Shown: piece by piece, positions 1-13,662 of the stretch
How positions within the stretch are numbered: the first letter of the stretch is position 1
How the letters are laid out: each line of letters starts with the position of its first letter
Assembly (NCBI RefSeq): GCF_020745735.1
Contig: NC_083416.1
Span: forward strand, 54,833,131 to 54,897,130
Direction: 5' to 3'
DNA length: 64,000 bases
DNA from: Hemiscyllium ocellatum
Lineage: Eukaryota
Notes under the pieces: model-generated
What the model saw: only the letters and a program-made list of their open reading frames with translations
Database searches by the model: none
What the model was told of the DNA's origin: nothing
Translations under genes and position numbers: made by a program

Positions 1-363
1 GATTCTGTGAGCCCTTGTCTGGTTTAGTATCCTTTGATGTGATGCTGTTATTAGATGCAAATTGAAATTCAGGTACACAATATCTACAGCTTCCTCTCTA
101 TCCTATTTGCTTGTTATTTATTTGAATGACTCAAATAAACTTGTTAAACATAATATCCTCTTCACAAAGTCATGTTGACTCTAGTTGATCGCATTAAAAA
201 TTTTTAAGTATCCTGTTGCAGCCTTCTTCATAATGGATTGTATAATTGTCCTCTGATAGATGTTAGACTGGTGGATCATCTTGAAGCTAATTTTCAGGTT
301 AATCTTCAACATCTCTACACAGGCATTAATATGGTAGGGCAGATTGTCTGATTCTTGTCAATT

Positions 364-578
364 ACAGGCTGACTGCCACATCCATGGGTCCGGTTTCTGC
401 GGTTTCAGTTACCCACAGCCCGAACATATTTCAAGGAATATTCCAGAACCAGGGTCCGGGGGCTGCCAGGAAGGTAAATTTCCCATTTAAATGAATGAGT
501 TCGCGACTATCCACGGTTTCAGACTTCTGCAGTAGGTCTTGGAATGTATCCCGTGTGGGTAGAGGGAGATGACTGCAT
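364..578. mobile_element. Tigger/MER2-like non-autonomous DNA transposon
   Basis: Starts tacag and ends gatgactgca. Internal atccatgggt..gcggtttca and atccacggtttcag..ggtcttggaatgtatccc resemble pogo/Tigger MITE ends. Confidence 0.5.
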
Positions 579-1974
579 TATGCCATTGATAGGAAATGAA
601 ATTCAGGTGGTCCATGCCATCACATTACCACCAGGCAGGGAAATTAACAGGTGCGTCCATTTCTCCCTCATTGTTACTTCTTCCTACAGGTTTTTATAAC
701 CTGTGCTTAGCGTGCATAATCATTGCCTTTCCAGTCACCATTTTTTTTTGTTTTTCCAATTGTCTTAATTGTTGTAATCAACAAAGCAATATGTTATGGT
801 GACTCAGAACTTCATGCCACTGTTTTCTCCTTTTTATAGACTGTTTGCCTGTCAAGTTGCTAAATAATTCTCCAAAGATAACGCAGGAGTGGAGATGTGA
901 CTTTAGGCTATATTGTGCACTCATACCGAGTGGCAGGGGAAACCAAAGGGAAAAACCTGCTGCAAATATGTTATTTCCTTTGAAGGAATGAATGCAAACA
1001 CACTATCCTTTCAAAATAGATCAAAAGAACCCTGAGCATCAAGGAGAGCTGTAAACAGCATCCTCTTCTGGAAAAAGGTTAGATTAACATCAGCCACAAA
1101 ATAAAATCTGCAACCAAGTATGGGTCCTTTACATCTTGTTTAACTGTTGCATGTTACATACTTTCTACATGAAAGAAGTCAGATAATTCTGCAATTTTTC
1201 AGCTGATATTTTATTACATCCCAAAAGTTTTTTGCAAACTCTAATGGGACTTAATTTGAGTGGCCTACTTTATTGAATATCATTATCAAAAAGCTGTTGA
1301 CAGTTTGAGTCTGTCTCCTAAGGGGGAATGAAAGCTTTAGAACTCAAGAAACTATACTTCATTAAGTAATTAAATGAAATCAACCAACTTTCATCCCCAG
1401 TATCTATTTGCTGCTCCAGACTGATCATAGTATTTTTCACATAAAAAGATGTTTTAACCTACAAAGCATATATACACATAAAATATGGTTTATAATTATG
1501 ACATAACTAATTTAAATGGTTATATTTCTTCTTTGAAGAGTCATATGGAAGACATATACTTATTAAAAAAGATTACATGTTAAAATTAGATATCAATACA
1601 GCTCCTTTTATGTTGTGTGTTTGATGTCTGAAGTTGTCCAACTCGGCCTTTGCTCAAATATGTTTCGGTTACGGCTTTGTCCATTTACTTGCAAACATGC
1701 ATCAAAGTTAGGATTTCCAGAAGTCAAATGAAATTTAGAGGAATATGGAAGTGTGGATAATTAATACTGTTAACTCGATATTAAAAAGTTCTTATTTCAG
1801 GAGAAAACTGCTTGATGAGTCGTTACTTTGCAAGATGCTACATGGCAAGTATTTGATCTATTCAATTTGTCTAATCAGTTGGTAGTAACAGTGTTTTGAG
1901 AAACATTAGTTACAGTTGTTGGAAAATATTATATGATCTATGAACAAATCATAAATTTCACCAAACAGTAAACC

Positions 1975-2155
1975 AGAGAACTGAGGATGTCAGAAATCAG
2001 AAACAAAATTAGAAATTGTTGGAAAATCTCAGTTTTTGGTCCAGTGACTCTTCTTTCATTCTGCAAAACTGAAGAAGAGTCACTGGACCTGAAATGTTAA
2101 CTCTGTTTTCTCTCCACAGATGCTGTCAGACTTGCTAATATTTTCCAATAATTTT
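1975..2155. mobile_element. Older hairpin PLE-type insertion with hammerhead motif (2066-2101)
   Basis: ccagtgactcttct / agaagagtcactgg palindrome. CTGAAGA-agagtcactggacct-GAAA-tgtt. Related copies at about 45470-45700 and 57470-57600. Confidence 0.6.
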
Positions 2156-5100
2156 TTTTAATATACATTTCACCGACTTCACTGCGACTAAAAGTTTGCC
2201 AATTTGTCATACTGAATCCTCTCCAGGAAGACTATCAAACAAGGACTACAGAAGCAGTGATTTAACAATCAGATGGTTTAGAAAGAATATATTATGTTAT
2301 TAATATTTTCCTCACCCTGTTGGTCTAACATTTCCATTACGTTTGTAAATGGTCCTCTACTGCCTCTAGTTAAATGGGTGTGGTACTCGGAAATACAAAA
2401 ACTGGCTTGCAATGACAACTCAGTCTGAATTGCAGCTGTCACAGACTACAGTAAATGGCCTTTGATTCCCTTGACCAGAAAGAACAAAATATTAAAATTC
2501 AGTACCCCATGTGTGGATACCTGGTTAGGATGAGATGAAGTTCAACTGGGATTTACTCAATAATTGTATTGAACACTGATAATCACTGTTTGATTTCTCA
2601 ATAGACAATAATTGTATATGCAACTGCATATAGAGAGATTCTAAGGACAACAAAATTATATCTTGCAGAAGAGCTTTCAGTTTTTTCTTGTCTTGTTTGC
2701 CTGAATTGCAAATCATGTATATTTTAACAATTAACTGGGAAGACACAAAAGAATCAAGAATATTAAATTATGAATAATGTCAGAATCAAAAACATTAAAC
2801 CAAGCATTTCAATTGTGATCCTTAAGTCTAATTCTATTCCAAATTCTGCATGTTAATGTTAAAACAACTACTTAACGTAATCAATACAAGCCGAGCATTC
2901 ACTGCTATTAAACACATTATTTCTGAAATTATTTTCATTCATTCTTTCTACTTCTGAGCAGGCTCATACATTTTACATGCTTGATGGTGTTTGCAGTCCA
3001 ATTACAGTTTTATGTGGCAGAATTACATTGAAGAAAACTAATTACAAACCTCTTATGACAATGAAGTTGTCAATTTTGGCAGTATCCCTAATGCAGTCAA
3101 CAAAGAAACTTAAACTCAGTAAAATGAAATCCAATATTTCATTAAGTATAATAATTAAATTGAGGCTTCACTGTGTCACTCATTATGGTTTCTGTATACC
3201 ATTAACTTCTACAAAAATACTTGAAAGGCAAATTTAATTCATATATTCAATTGACTAGAGTAAAATGTCAAAAACAGGTTAGCTAGTTCTGAAGTGGCTG
3301 ACATATAAAAAGATCACTCAAAGAGGTGAACATTTCTTTATGCAATTTCCATACTTTGGGATCAATATTTTCAACTATAACATTGCATATACATATTTTT
3401 TATGGAAATGTCATCTATAAACCACTCCTCAGCACGTTTCCTCTCACAAATGCTTGTTTTGCCAATTTAAAGGCTTTTAATTCCAATTGTCTTCAGGTCC
3501 TATTGCCTTTCTTTTACTTGTTAAGTGGCTGTGCAGTAACAAGGGAATGACTGAAGAAAGCACAAATACAAATAGTGTCATTCAAAGTGATATCAATTCA
3601 GTCTCTGTCTGCATATAAGTACAGGCAGAATAGATTCAGAGTAAAGCATACAATGAAGGTTTTGACATGGAGGTGAGAGAAACGGATGGGGAGAGGCGCT
3701 TGAAGATGTAAAAGGCACCAAAAGAACATGGTAGAGATTAAGTTAAGGCCCACCCTCCACTGTAGCAGCATCAATAGGACAGATGGGGAGAATACAGGGG
3801 CAAACTGCTACTAATTCTAAGCCAAGTTTTAATTAAAGCTAGCATGACAAAACAATTACCCACAATTAGGTCGAGGATACCAAAGGTTTAGTTCTGAGTG
3901 AGCAGGCATCTGGTGAGTCATGCAGAAAAGATCAGTGGTTGATTGTCTGTCGGCAGAGTCCAAGAATTTTGGATTGAATGAGGTGAGGACATTCATGAGA
4001 TTAGCATCCAATGACCAATCTTTCAGGGAAAATCATTAAGAGAAAACAAAAAAACAAAGATCCTAAACTAAATTGTTTATATTTACAAACCAATGTTACA
4101 TTTATTCTCGTAAAATGTAAGCAGAAATTTGAAAGAAAATAAGACTTTGCACAAATGTTCACTAAGTAAATCCTACTTAGGGCAGCCATTAATTCATCTC
4201 ATAAGAAAGATTCAACATACTGTATAGTTTTCTTTGAAATGATAGTTTTTCATCTTATCTGCTCTAGCTGTGACTATGTAGCTATCAGATTGTTGTATTA
4301 AATTTAATTGGTTTCTTGTTACTCTTTAGGGAAGGTAAATGACACATCTGGATGACTTCAGCCCCTTGTTGATGTTGCTAACTTAACTGTAAAGTGTAGT
4401 GGTATGAGAAGCCATTCAGTAGCAAGCAATATTGCAGTAATTCAGTAAGATATATTATAATTTTCTCAGGAGGGAAGATGGTTAGCAAATGGCAGCTTTA
4501 CCTGTGACACCCACATCCTAACAACGAATAGAAGAAATAAATCCCCTCAAAATTAAGAACTGATAAAGGATTTTATTGCCTCATTCTAAACTTTCCCTTT
4601 TTCTTGATTTGTCCTTCCTCTTGTCATTGGCTTGAATTTAAGCAACCTTGCAGATTCACCTTTTTTTACACCATTTCCTGTCTTATTGTTATAAGGTGAC
4701 CTTCATGGGAAGCAAAGATTGGGGAGATGAAATTAAGCTCATCTCAAAGTATTTCAGCAGACAGTGACAAATACCCGGATGTGCGTTGCAGTGCTTAGTC
4801 CGTTAGAAATGAGTCTGCACTGAATATAGATTTCAAGGCACTGTTTAGCAGAACAATGGATTTTATTTTATTTCATTTATGTGTTCGAAATTGCCCTGGT
4901 TGTAAATAATAGAGACATGGTATTAACAGTAGGCTATCTACATCAGAGCTGGAGGCTGAATCTTACCTTTTTGGTGAAGTCATTTTCGTCAAGTTCGAAG
5001 AAAGGCTTCTCTCCACAGGGCCTAGTGCGATCTCTCACTGTGTTGTGCCAAACCTACCTCGTTAAGTACCTAATCCACCCCGAGAATGCCCCTCCAGCTT

Positions 5101-5889
5101 GATTCTAGCCTCAATCCATCACCTGCCACACCTATAATAACTCCCAACTGCCAGAACATTCTAGAATGGACCTGCATCACTGGTCCCACAGCCATCTTTA
5201 AAAGGCTGCTATGTGCTCGGACAAGTACTGTTAGTCCAGAGCTGCCCTGCACAGTAACTGGTATTTGCCCCAATTATGGCAGATAAGGGAAAATTGACAT
5301 CCCACTTTTCGGGCATAGATCTGAAGACCCTGGGGATGGAATACACAGAGGTGTGACAACCACTATCCCATGACCACCAGTTGAGGCTATAACACCAGAC
5401 CATGTCAACCTGATCTGAGGTAGCTGCCCAGGTTAGTGCAGTCTCAGTCATCTGGAGGATTGCACAACAATTAACACAGCAAATAAGATCAATGACTTTC
5501 TCATCTATGAAGGTGCCAATGTTGGACTGGGCTGAACAACACCATAGTCCAACAGGTTTATTGAAAGCTGCAAACTTTTGGAGGCCCCACTCCTTCCTCA
5601 GGCAGATAGTGAGAGATAACACATTGGTCACAGAATTTATAAGTAAAAGATCAAAGGATCATACAATTTACGCAAATGTATTGAACAAATCTAGATGGCT
5701 ATTAAGTCTTTAATCAGTTAGAACGGATGTGCAGAGTTATTTTTGATTAATGTGTAAATACCTGAAGTTTTCTTGGAGCATTGACTTGAAAGCAATTCTG
5801 GATTTACATATTAATCAACTGAAATCTTACTGCCATTCTTATTAGAATGTAGGGATATTTGGGGGGAGGTGTGGTCTGGGTTATCACTT

Positions 5890-7235
5890 CACTGAGCCAG
5901 TGCCCTGTGGTCCCAGCCTCTCTGACGAATGGCAACATCGTTTCCATTTCCAGTCTATCCAGGCCGATCAGTATTCTCTAAATTTTACCAAAACCCCCCA
6001 CCCCAATCCTTCTAAATTCCATTGACTACAGACTCAGAGTCCTCAACTACACCTCATATGACAGGCCCTCATCTCTAAGGTCATTCTTGAAAACTTTCTG
6101 GACCCCCTCCAAGGCCAGCACATCCTTCTTAGATACAAGGCTATAAACTGCTCACAATATTCCAAATGTGGTCTGGCCAGAGTTTTATACAGCGTCAACA
6201 GTACATCTCTGCTCTTTTACTCTAACCCTGTCAAAATGAATGCTAACATTACACTCGCCTTCCTAACTGCTAACTGAACCTGCATGTTAACCGAAAGAGA
6301 ATCCTGAACCAGGATTCCCAAGATCCTTTATGCTTTAGATTTCCAATGCTTTTCCCCATTGAGAAAATAATTTACACCTCTATTCTTCCTACCAAAGTGC
6401 ACAACCTGACGCTTTCCCACATTGTGTTCCATCTGCCACTTCTTTGCCAATTCTCCTTGCCTGGCCAAGTCCTTCCTGCAGCCTGTTCCCTGTGGACCTC
6501 CACTAGTCAGCAGCTGCCATTTTGAAAAATACCTCTTTTTCCCACTCTCTGCCTTCTGCCAGTCAGCCGATCCTCTATCCATACCAGTACCTTGCCCCTA
6601 CAGCATTATTTAGAAGACTCCTGTACAGCCATCTGGAAATCCAAATAGAGCACAACCACTGCCTCTCCTTTGTCTAGCTTGCTTGTTACCACCTGAATGA
6701 ATTCTAACAGATTTGTCAGATATGACTTCCCCTTGATGGAGCCATCCTCTGGACATTCGCTGATTCCAGTAATTCCTGAAGGATCACCACCAATGCTTTT
6801 ACAATCGCCTCAGCTTCTTCAGACTTCTGGATGTGGTCCATCTGGTTATTTATCCACATTTCGACTTTTCAGCTTCCCCACTATCTTCTCCTTAGTGAAA
6901 GCCACTACACTCATCTCTGCCCTGACTCTCTTGAAGTTCTGATACACTGCTGATGTCTTCTACCATGAAAACTGATGCACATACCTATTCAGTTCTTCCA
7001 CCATTTCTTTGTTCCCCATCACTGTTTCTCCAATGTCATTTTCAAGCATCTAATGTCCAGTCTTGGCCTCTCTTTTACCTTCTTTATATCTAAAAAGGTC
7101 TTTTACATTACCAGCTAGCTCATCCTCACATTTCATCTTCTCCCTCTTCCGATTGCTTTTTTATTGTTATCCTCTGGCTTTTAAAGACTTCACAATCTCC
7201 TAGCTTTCACTAATCTTCATCACATTGTGTGCTTC
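5890..7235 (-). mobile_element. Degraded CR1 LINE
   Basis: KWQMEHNVGK..VVHFGRKN..YFLNGE peptide and typical CR1 3' region, with internal deletions. Confidence 0.8.
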
Positions 7236-7544
7236 TGAACAATACAATAACATCAGCTTATAAAGTAAGCAAAGAAATCAATTTACACATTTGATTTATT
7301 AAAATATTCTTTAGAAAAATATGCATCTTAAGATCAAAAATAATACATCTACTCCAAAAATGACAAGGGCCATTAACAGTGCATACAGGAAATATTTTAT
7401 TATTCAATAGCTTGCACTAAACTCCAACATCAACCTATTAAAATGCAATTGTCAAGGATTCAATAAAATGCTCCAAGATTTGAGCTAATTACAAGTACAA
7501 AGACCCATTTCAAATTAAAAATTACAACTATACATTTTATTGCT

Positions 7545-7915
7545 CAGCATCCTGTTCAGTGCTGTGATTACACACCACTGGAGCAAGTGGGACCTGACTC
7601 CAGACTCCCTGGTTTAGAGGTGTGGACACTTACAACTGCACTATATAAGCTCTTCTTTACACCTATGATATTTCCTACTCAGCCTGTTCAGAGATGTTGC
7701 TACACACCTTGGCGGCAGGTGGGAATTGAACCCAGGCATCCTGGTTAAAACTTAATAACACTACCACTGCACCTAAAGAGACCTGAATTAAACCTATATA
7801 TATTTGTCTTATCAACCTGTTCAGAGATGATATTACGCAGCTCTGGAACAGGTGGAATTTGAAACCGGACCTCCTGACCCAGGGGTAGGAATTCTACCAC
7901 TGCACCACAAGACCT
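7545..7915 (-). repeat. Three tandem tRNA-like/SINE units (about 131-bp period)
   Basis: cctgttcag starts at about 7551, 7683 and 7815. The minus strand shows an A box (tggtgcagtggtag) and a B box (gggttcaattccc) in each diverged unit. Confidence 0.65.
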
Positions 7916-8457
7916 GAATTATATGAATTTGGGACAAATCTATCTCACCTGAAGTATTACTTTTTTTTGAAATAATAAGCCCTTTTAACTTAATGTTTTA
8001 AAAATTCTACATCTGCAGCAGGCTTATAGGTGGTTCATTAATATTGCCACACAATTTTATAACTTTGGGTGTTAATGGATTGAATTTGACACCAAATATA
8101 AAGCATGGGGGTATAAATTGGTTCGGCCCAAAAGACAGTTGCAGAGATTACAACACAGCAATAACTCAGGCGTGTTGAGCGGAACGCAGGCAGCATGAGG
8201 CCCGATATTATCTGTAATTTGTTCTGCGTAAGGTTAGCATATGGAACCTTAAATGGAAACGCATTATGGTTGCAGCAGGTGCTTGAGGCATTCTGCAGTT
8301 GTCTCAGACCAATGATTGAATACAGGAAAGATTGAACCAGTTTTAGATATTATGATGGAGATCTAGGTGGAGAAGTGATGAGTTATCCAAGATTATCAGT
8401 GCAGGAAGCATGGGAACAACTAGTTATGCAAGTCAAAGCAGTACTACAAGAAGTTCT

Positions 8458-8608
8458 GATTTGGAAATGCCGGTGTTGGACTGGAGTGTACAAAGTTAAA
8501 AATCACACAACACCAAGTTATAGTCCAACAGGTTCAATCTGAAAGCCAGTGCTTCCAATTAAACCTGTTGGACTATAGCCTGTTGTGCGATTTTTAACTT
8601 TGTGTACA
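8458..8608. mobile_element. Hairpin insertion of a second PLE family terminus
   Basis: gtacaaagttaaaaatcacacaac..agtccaacaggtt and its reverse complement. TSD tacaagaagttc on both sides. Confidence 0.78.
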
Positions 8609-8852
8609 AGAAGTTCAATAACCTCACACCATCAGCTTCAAACAATGCTCAGGATCACCACATCCTTATCACTCAGCTATCAACAATGTCCATCAGGAGT
8701 TGGGTATAACTTGTTTATGACACAATTCACCCTCACTTAGTGCTACAAACCTCAAACCCACATCTCAAAGCTTGCAAACACTGGCAGCTTATCAACAACC
8801 ACTACCATATTATTTGATGATACTCACCGATACTCCACCTTCTCTATTGCAA

Positions 8853-9606
8853 TGATGTGGAGGTGACAGTGTTCGACTGTAATGGACAATGTCAAAAATC
8901 ACACGACACCAGGTTACAATCTGACAGGTCTATTAGAAATCACAAGCTTTTGGAGCAATGCTCTTTCATCAGATGCAGTGAGAGAGGCACACTGACACAA
9001 AGTCTATAGGCAGAGAGATCAAAGGATCAGACAATTGGTGTAAGTGGAGTGAACAAGGCTAAAATAGCTGATGAAGAACTCTGTTAGAAAGGAGTTGCAA
9101 GTTTTGTTGATTAAGATGAAAATTCAGAATCTGTTTCAAGTCACTGCCCCGAGATAATTACAGGTTTTATCAGTGTCTGCCTAAGTTTCCAAACTTCAAT
9201 CAGACAGAGATATAAAAGGTGACATCTCTGGTCAGACATGGAATTGTAGGTGTGCGGCCTCATTCAGAACCTGTCTCGGAGTTTTAAATCAAGCAGATCT
9301 TGTTCTGAAAGCAAGCATTTATAAAATGTCACACTGACTATGATTACAAATTGCTTTTTTGAACAAAATAGAATGTATCTGCAAATAAACAAATATCTTA
9401 GATAAAATGATTCGCCTCATAGATTTGTGCGTGTGTGTGCACTTGAGAGTGTGTCCAATTGTGTGATGTCTTAATCTCTCTGCCGATAAACTCTGTGTCG
9501 GTGTTCCCTCTTTCACTGTACCTGATGAAGGAGCATTGCTCTGAAGGTTTGTGATTTCTAATAAACCTGTTGGATTATAACCTGATGTCATATGATTTTT
9601 GACTTT
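8853..9606. mobile_element. PLE remnant with inverted termini, each carrying a degenerate hammerhead (8941-8975 -, 9519-9553 +)
   Basis: CTGATGA-aggagcattgctct-GAAG on plus and CTGATGA-aagagcattgctcc-AAAA-gctt-gtg on minus. Same family as 8458-8608, about 5500-5860 and about 26205-26290. Confidence 0.68.
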
Positions 9607-10597
9607 CTCTCTAGCAAGTGACACACAACTTGAGGCAGCTGGAACCAACAAAAAAGGGGAAAAGCATACCTGCATATCCTGACCTCCTTGAAAGAGGTCA
9701 TATTAGCAATAATGAGATAATTGCTGGCAACATAGCCATCAGGGGCTATAGATATATAAGATGATTTTTTTCTATGGACTTAATCCTCCCTCTCCCATCT
9801 TGCTTCTTCACTTTCAAGGAATTTTCTGTAACTCCATAAATATAGATAATATTTCTTTCTTCTGTACTATAAATTCTCCTATCGCAACTATAATGGACTG
9901 ACATTTATCTAGCTAATCTTTTCCTTTTTAAATTCCTAAGAAGTGAGGGGTATAGACAGTATGAATAGCCAAGTAATTTTCCCAGGATGGGGGAGTGCAA
10001 AACTAAAGGGCATGGGTTTCAGGTGAGACAGGAAAGATTTAAGAGACTCAAGAGGCAATTTTTTCACAGAGGGTGGTGAGTATATTGAATGAGTTACCAG
10101 AGGAAGTGATAGAGGCAGGTACAATTACAATGTCTAAAAGACATTTGGATAGTTGCATGAACAGGAAAAGTTTAGAGAGATATGGTCCAAATGCAGGTAA
10201 ATGGGACTAGTTCAGTTTAGGAAACCTGGTTGGAATGAATGGGTTGGGCCAAAGGGCTTATTTCCTAATGATATGACGTCATTACCATGTAGAGGCAAAA
10301 GGTCTTTATTTAGAAAGATGTTACATATCAACAGAGAAGTGGTGGACCAAAGGGCCTGTTCCTGTACTGTGCCGTTCTTTATTCTTTATACAGAAACTTT
10401 AAATGCGTGTGAAAAATGTGTCGAATTGTAACAGCTATAAAATCACTCAAGTAACATGACAGCATTCAATCACCCTTTTAAATAATACAGCACAAACAGG
10501 AATAAAGAGGCCTTTTATATCATTCACTACATGCTCAGTTGGAGGTTGAGAGAGTGTAGGCTGGTTGCGAATTTTAAAATGGCAGTACTGGTACAAA

Positions 10598-10822
10598 TCT
10601 TCGAGTAAAAAGTGAGGTCTGCAGATGCTGGAGATCAGAGCCGAAAATGTATTGCTGGTTAAAGCACAGCAAGTCAGGCAGCATCCAAGGAACAGGAAAT
10701 TCGACGTTTCGGGCCAGAGCCCTTCATCAGGAATGATGAAGGGCTCTGGCCCGAAACGTCGAATTTCCTGTTCCTTGGATGCTGCCTGACCTGCTGTGCT
10801 TTAACCAGCAACACATTTTCAG
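10598..10822. mobile_element. Hairpin-shaped insertion of PLE terminal sequence
   Basis: 87-bp inverted arms at 10643-10729 and 10734-10820, with 2 mismatches and a 4-nt loop. 15-bp TSD cagtactggtacaaa at 10583-10597 and 10820-10834. Confidence 0.88.
10699..10734 (-). ncRNA. Minimal hammerhead ribozyme, intact core
   Basis: Minus strand ATTC-CTGATGA-a-GGGC-tctg-GCCC-GAAA-CG-TC-GAAT. Stems I and II are perfect and the triplet is GUC. The mirrored plus-strand copy at 10734-10764 lacks C3 and stem I. Confidence 0.8.
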
Positions 10823-10851
10823 TACTGGTACAAAACCAGCATTACATATTA

Positions 10852-11980
10852 TAAGACCATAAGACATAGGAGTGGAAGTAAGGCCATTCGGCCCACTGAG
10901 TCCACTCCGCCATTCAATCATGGCTGATGGGCATTTCAACTCCACTTACCAGCGTTCTCCTCGTAGCCCTTAATTCCTCGAGACAACAAGAATCTATCAA
11001 TCTCTGCCTTGAAGACATTTAGCGTCCTGGCCTCCACTGCACTCCGTGGCAATGAATTCCACAGGCCCACTACCCTCTGGCTGAAGAAATGTCTCCGCAT
11101 TTCTGTTCTGAATTGACCCCCTCTAATTTAAAGGCTGTGTCCACAGGTCCTAGTCTCCTCACCTAATGGAAAAAATTTCCTAGCGTCCACCCTTTCCAAG
11201 CCATGTATTATCTTGTACGTCTCTATTAAGTCTCCCCATAATCTTCTAAACTCCAATGAATACAATCCCAGGATCCTCAGCCGTTCCTCATATGTTAGAC
11301 CTACCATTCCAGGGATCATCCGCGTGAATCTCCGCTGGACACGTTCTAGTGCCAGTATGTCCTTCCTGAGGTGTGGGGACCAAAACTGGACACAGTACTC
11401 CAAATGGTGCCTAACCAGAGCTTTATAAAGTCTCAGTAGCACATCTCTGCTTTTACATTCCAACCCTCTTGAGATTAGTGACAACATTGCGGCAGAGGGC
11501 GGCACGGTGGCACAGTGGTTAGCACTGCTGCCTCACAGCGCCTGTAGACCCGGGTTCAATTCCCGACTCAGGCGACTGACTGTGTGGAGTTTGCACGTTC
11601 TCCCCGTGTCTGCGTGGGTTTCCTCCGGGTGCTCCGGTTTCCTCCCACAGTCACAAAGATGTGCGGGTCAGGTGAATTGGCCATGCTAAATTGCCCATAG
11701 TATTAGGTAAGGGGTAATGTAGGGGTATGGGTGGGTTACGCTTCGGCGGGTCGGTGTGGACTTGTTGGGCCGAAGGGCCTGTTTCCACACTGTAAGTCTA
11801 ATCTAATCTAATCTAAAAAATTGCATTCGCTTTCTTAATCACGGACTCAACCTGCATGTTTACCTTTAGAGAATCCTCGACTAGCACTCCCAGATCCCTT
11901 TGTACTTTGGCTTTGCTAATTTTCTCACCATTTAGAAAGTAGTCTATGCTTTTATTCTTTTTGCCAAAGTGCAAGACTTG
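10852..11980 (-). mobile_element. CR1 LINE 3' end interrupted by an HE1 SINE
   Basis: LYKALVRHHLEYCVQFWSP..LERVQRRFTRMIPG, with a cataagac tail repeat. Confidence 0.88.
11497..11816 (+). mobile_element. HE1-type tRNA-derived V-SINE (young), inserted in a CR1
   Basis: A box TGGCACAGTGG, B box GGTTCAATTCC, V-domain tgtggagtttgcacgttctccccgtgtctgcgtgggtttcctccggg, and a (TCTAA)n tail. Confidence 0.9.
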
Positions 11981-12881
11981 ATTAACAACATGACCTGTGA
12001 ACTCTGCATACTTCTGGTAGACATGAATGCAGGTGCTAGCTAGCTCCATTGACCGATTGGCATCTGGCGCATCAGTGTGCAGAACACTGTAGATGTCATT
12101 TTAAAACTTTGGCTATGTTTTGAAAACTGTCTCACTGAGCATAATTTTACTTTCATGATGTGCATATTATATCTTTCTCAGAATATACAGGATCTTCAGC
12201 CATGATAATAAGTGACTTGGTCAGAAAGAAAGCATTGTCTAAGTCAACCATCTGCTGCAATCTTTTCCTAGAGAGAATAGATTTTTTTCCCTATGGAGAA
12301 ATCCAAAGCAGTAAACATAGTAAAGAATACAAATAATCCTTCAGCAACATGATCTTCATTTCCAACAGGTTAAATCTTTCCTCAAACAATTAAATGAAGA
12401 AAGACAAGTGCGTTCATAAAGATATAAAACTGTATTACAATACAGTTGTTTCCTTGTTTGTTCACATGCTCATTTTAAATAGTAGTCATTCTTTAAGGGT
12501 GAAGCACAAAATAAAATAATCATGAATGCTTTAAGTCAAAATATCAGAACCAAGGTGGCAAAAAAATTATACATGTTCAAGTATTGGACCATATTCTGTA
12601 GAGGATCAAAAACATATAAACATGGAGTGAGATTGAATGTGGTTTGGAGTTGACTCTAACTGTTCTGTTAGAGGAAGCAGCAATATAATGCCATTAACGC
12701 CATACAACACCACAAATAAAGATATTAAGCTAGAAACTGGCATCTTATGCAACCAAACTGTCAACATTGAACTGTCAGTGAGTTCCAATGACCATAATAC
12801 AAAGAGACAGTTAAGAGAGAGGGTCTTCTTTAGTTTATATTGCAACTTCTATGAAGACCATGACTTGTTTCACCCAGTTGT

Positions 12882-13060
12882 TTATCGCATGACAGAAATG
12901 ATTTTAAAAGGATGTGGAGATAATGTTAGACCAAACTGGCCAGCCATGTTTGGTGCATCAGTGCCTTCAGGAAGTTTGAAGCAGAATGATTGTAGGAGAG
13001 TACTGAAGATCAGGAACAGTTCCATCTTTGCCATCTGCTCTCCCATACAGATCCGTTTGC
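12882..13060 (-). CDS. CYP2U1: CYP2U1 coding exon 5 (179 nt to the stop; absent from the ORF track)
   Basis: tttgattag|GC. Translates as [42 protein letters not shown]. Completes the heme motif FGIGKRICMG across the exon 4/5 junction. TAA at 12882-12884. Confidence 0.96.
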
Positions 13061-13662
13061 CTAATCAAAGAAACAGATCAATGTAGAACATATTCGTATT
13101 CTAAAAGCACAGCATCAATCCTGGTCACATTTGCATTTTAATATGGTTCCATGCAATCTCTATGCTGAACCTTCTCTAATAGCACTGCCTTTTATCAAGT
13201 GTAGCTACTCACTAAACACACTATTAAAAATGTTCTTGACCATTCAAGAGCAAATGAACTTTTAAAGGTGTAACACATTTTATAGTACCAAGCAACTCCA
13301 TTCACACTGAAACTGATTTTTTACAATTGTTGAAATTCAATCTCAGATTTTAATTATTGAAGATTTTTTGGTCTCTCGTTTTTCTCAGGACCGTATTTCT
13401 TTCTAACCCACTGTATCACTCTGACATTGAGTTAAATACTCTAACGTATTTATTAATTCAGCTATTTGTCACAGTAAGGATTCAACAATCTGACTGGCAG
13501 AGGAGATACACCATAATTTGCCTTGCTGTCATAGGTCCCATATCTCCTATAGAGTGCACCATGTTGCGTTGGCTGTCAAATAACTGCATTCTCCAGTGCA
13601 AGAGCTCACAAAGTCTTTGGGCAAGTGCAAATGTAAGGAATGTTTCTTTGCTGGAGCCTACA

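Noticed and set aside
11497-11570. tRNA gene
   Set aside because: The A and B boxes belong to a SINE head that continues into the V-domain and LINE-derived tail.
1-12600. HADH exons, expected downstream of CYP2U1 by human synteny
   Set aside because: No HADH-like peptide or second CpG island was recognised. The gene probably lies beyond the left edge.
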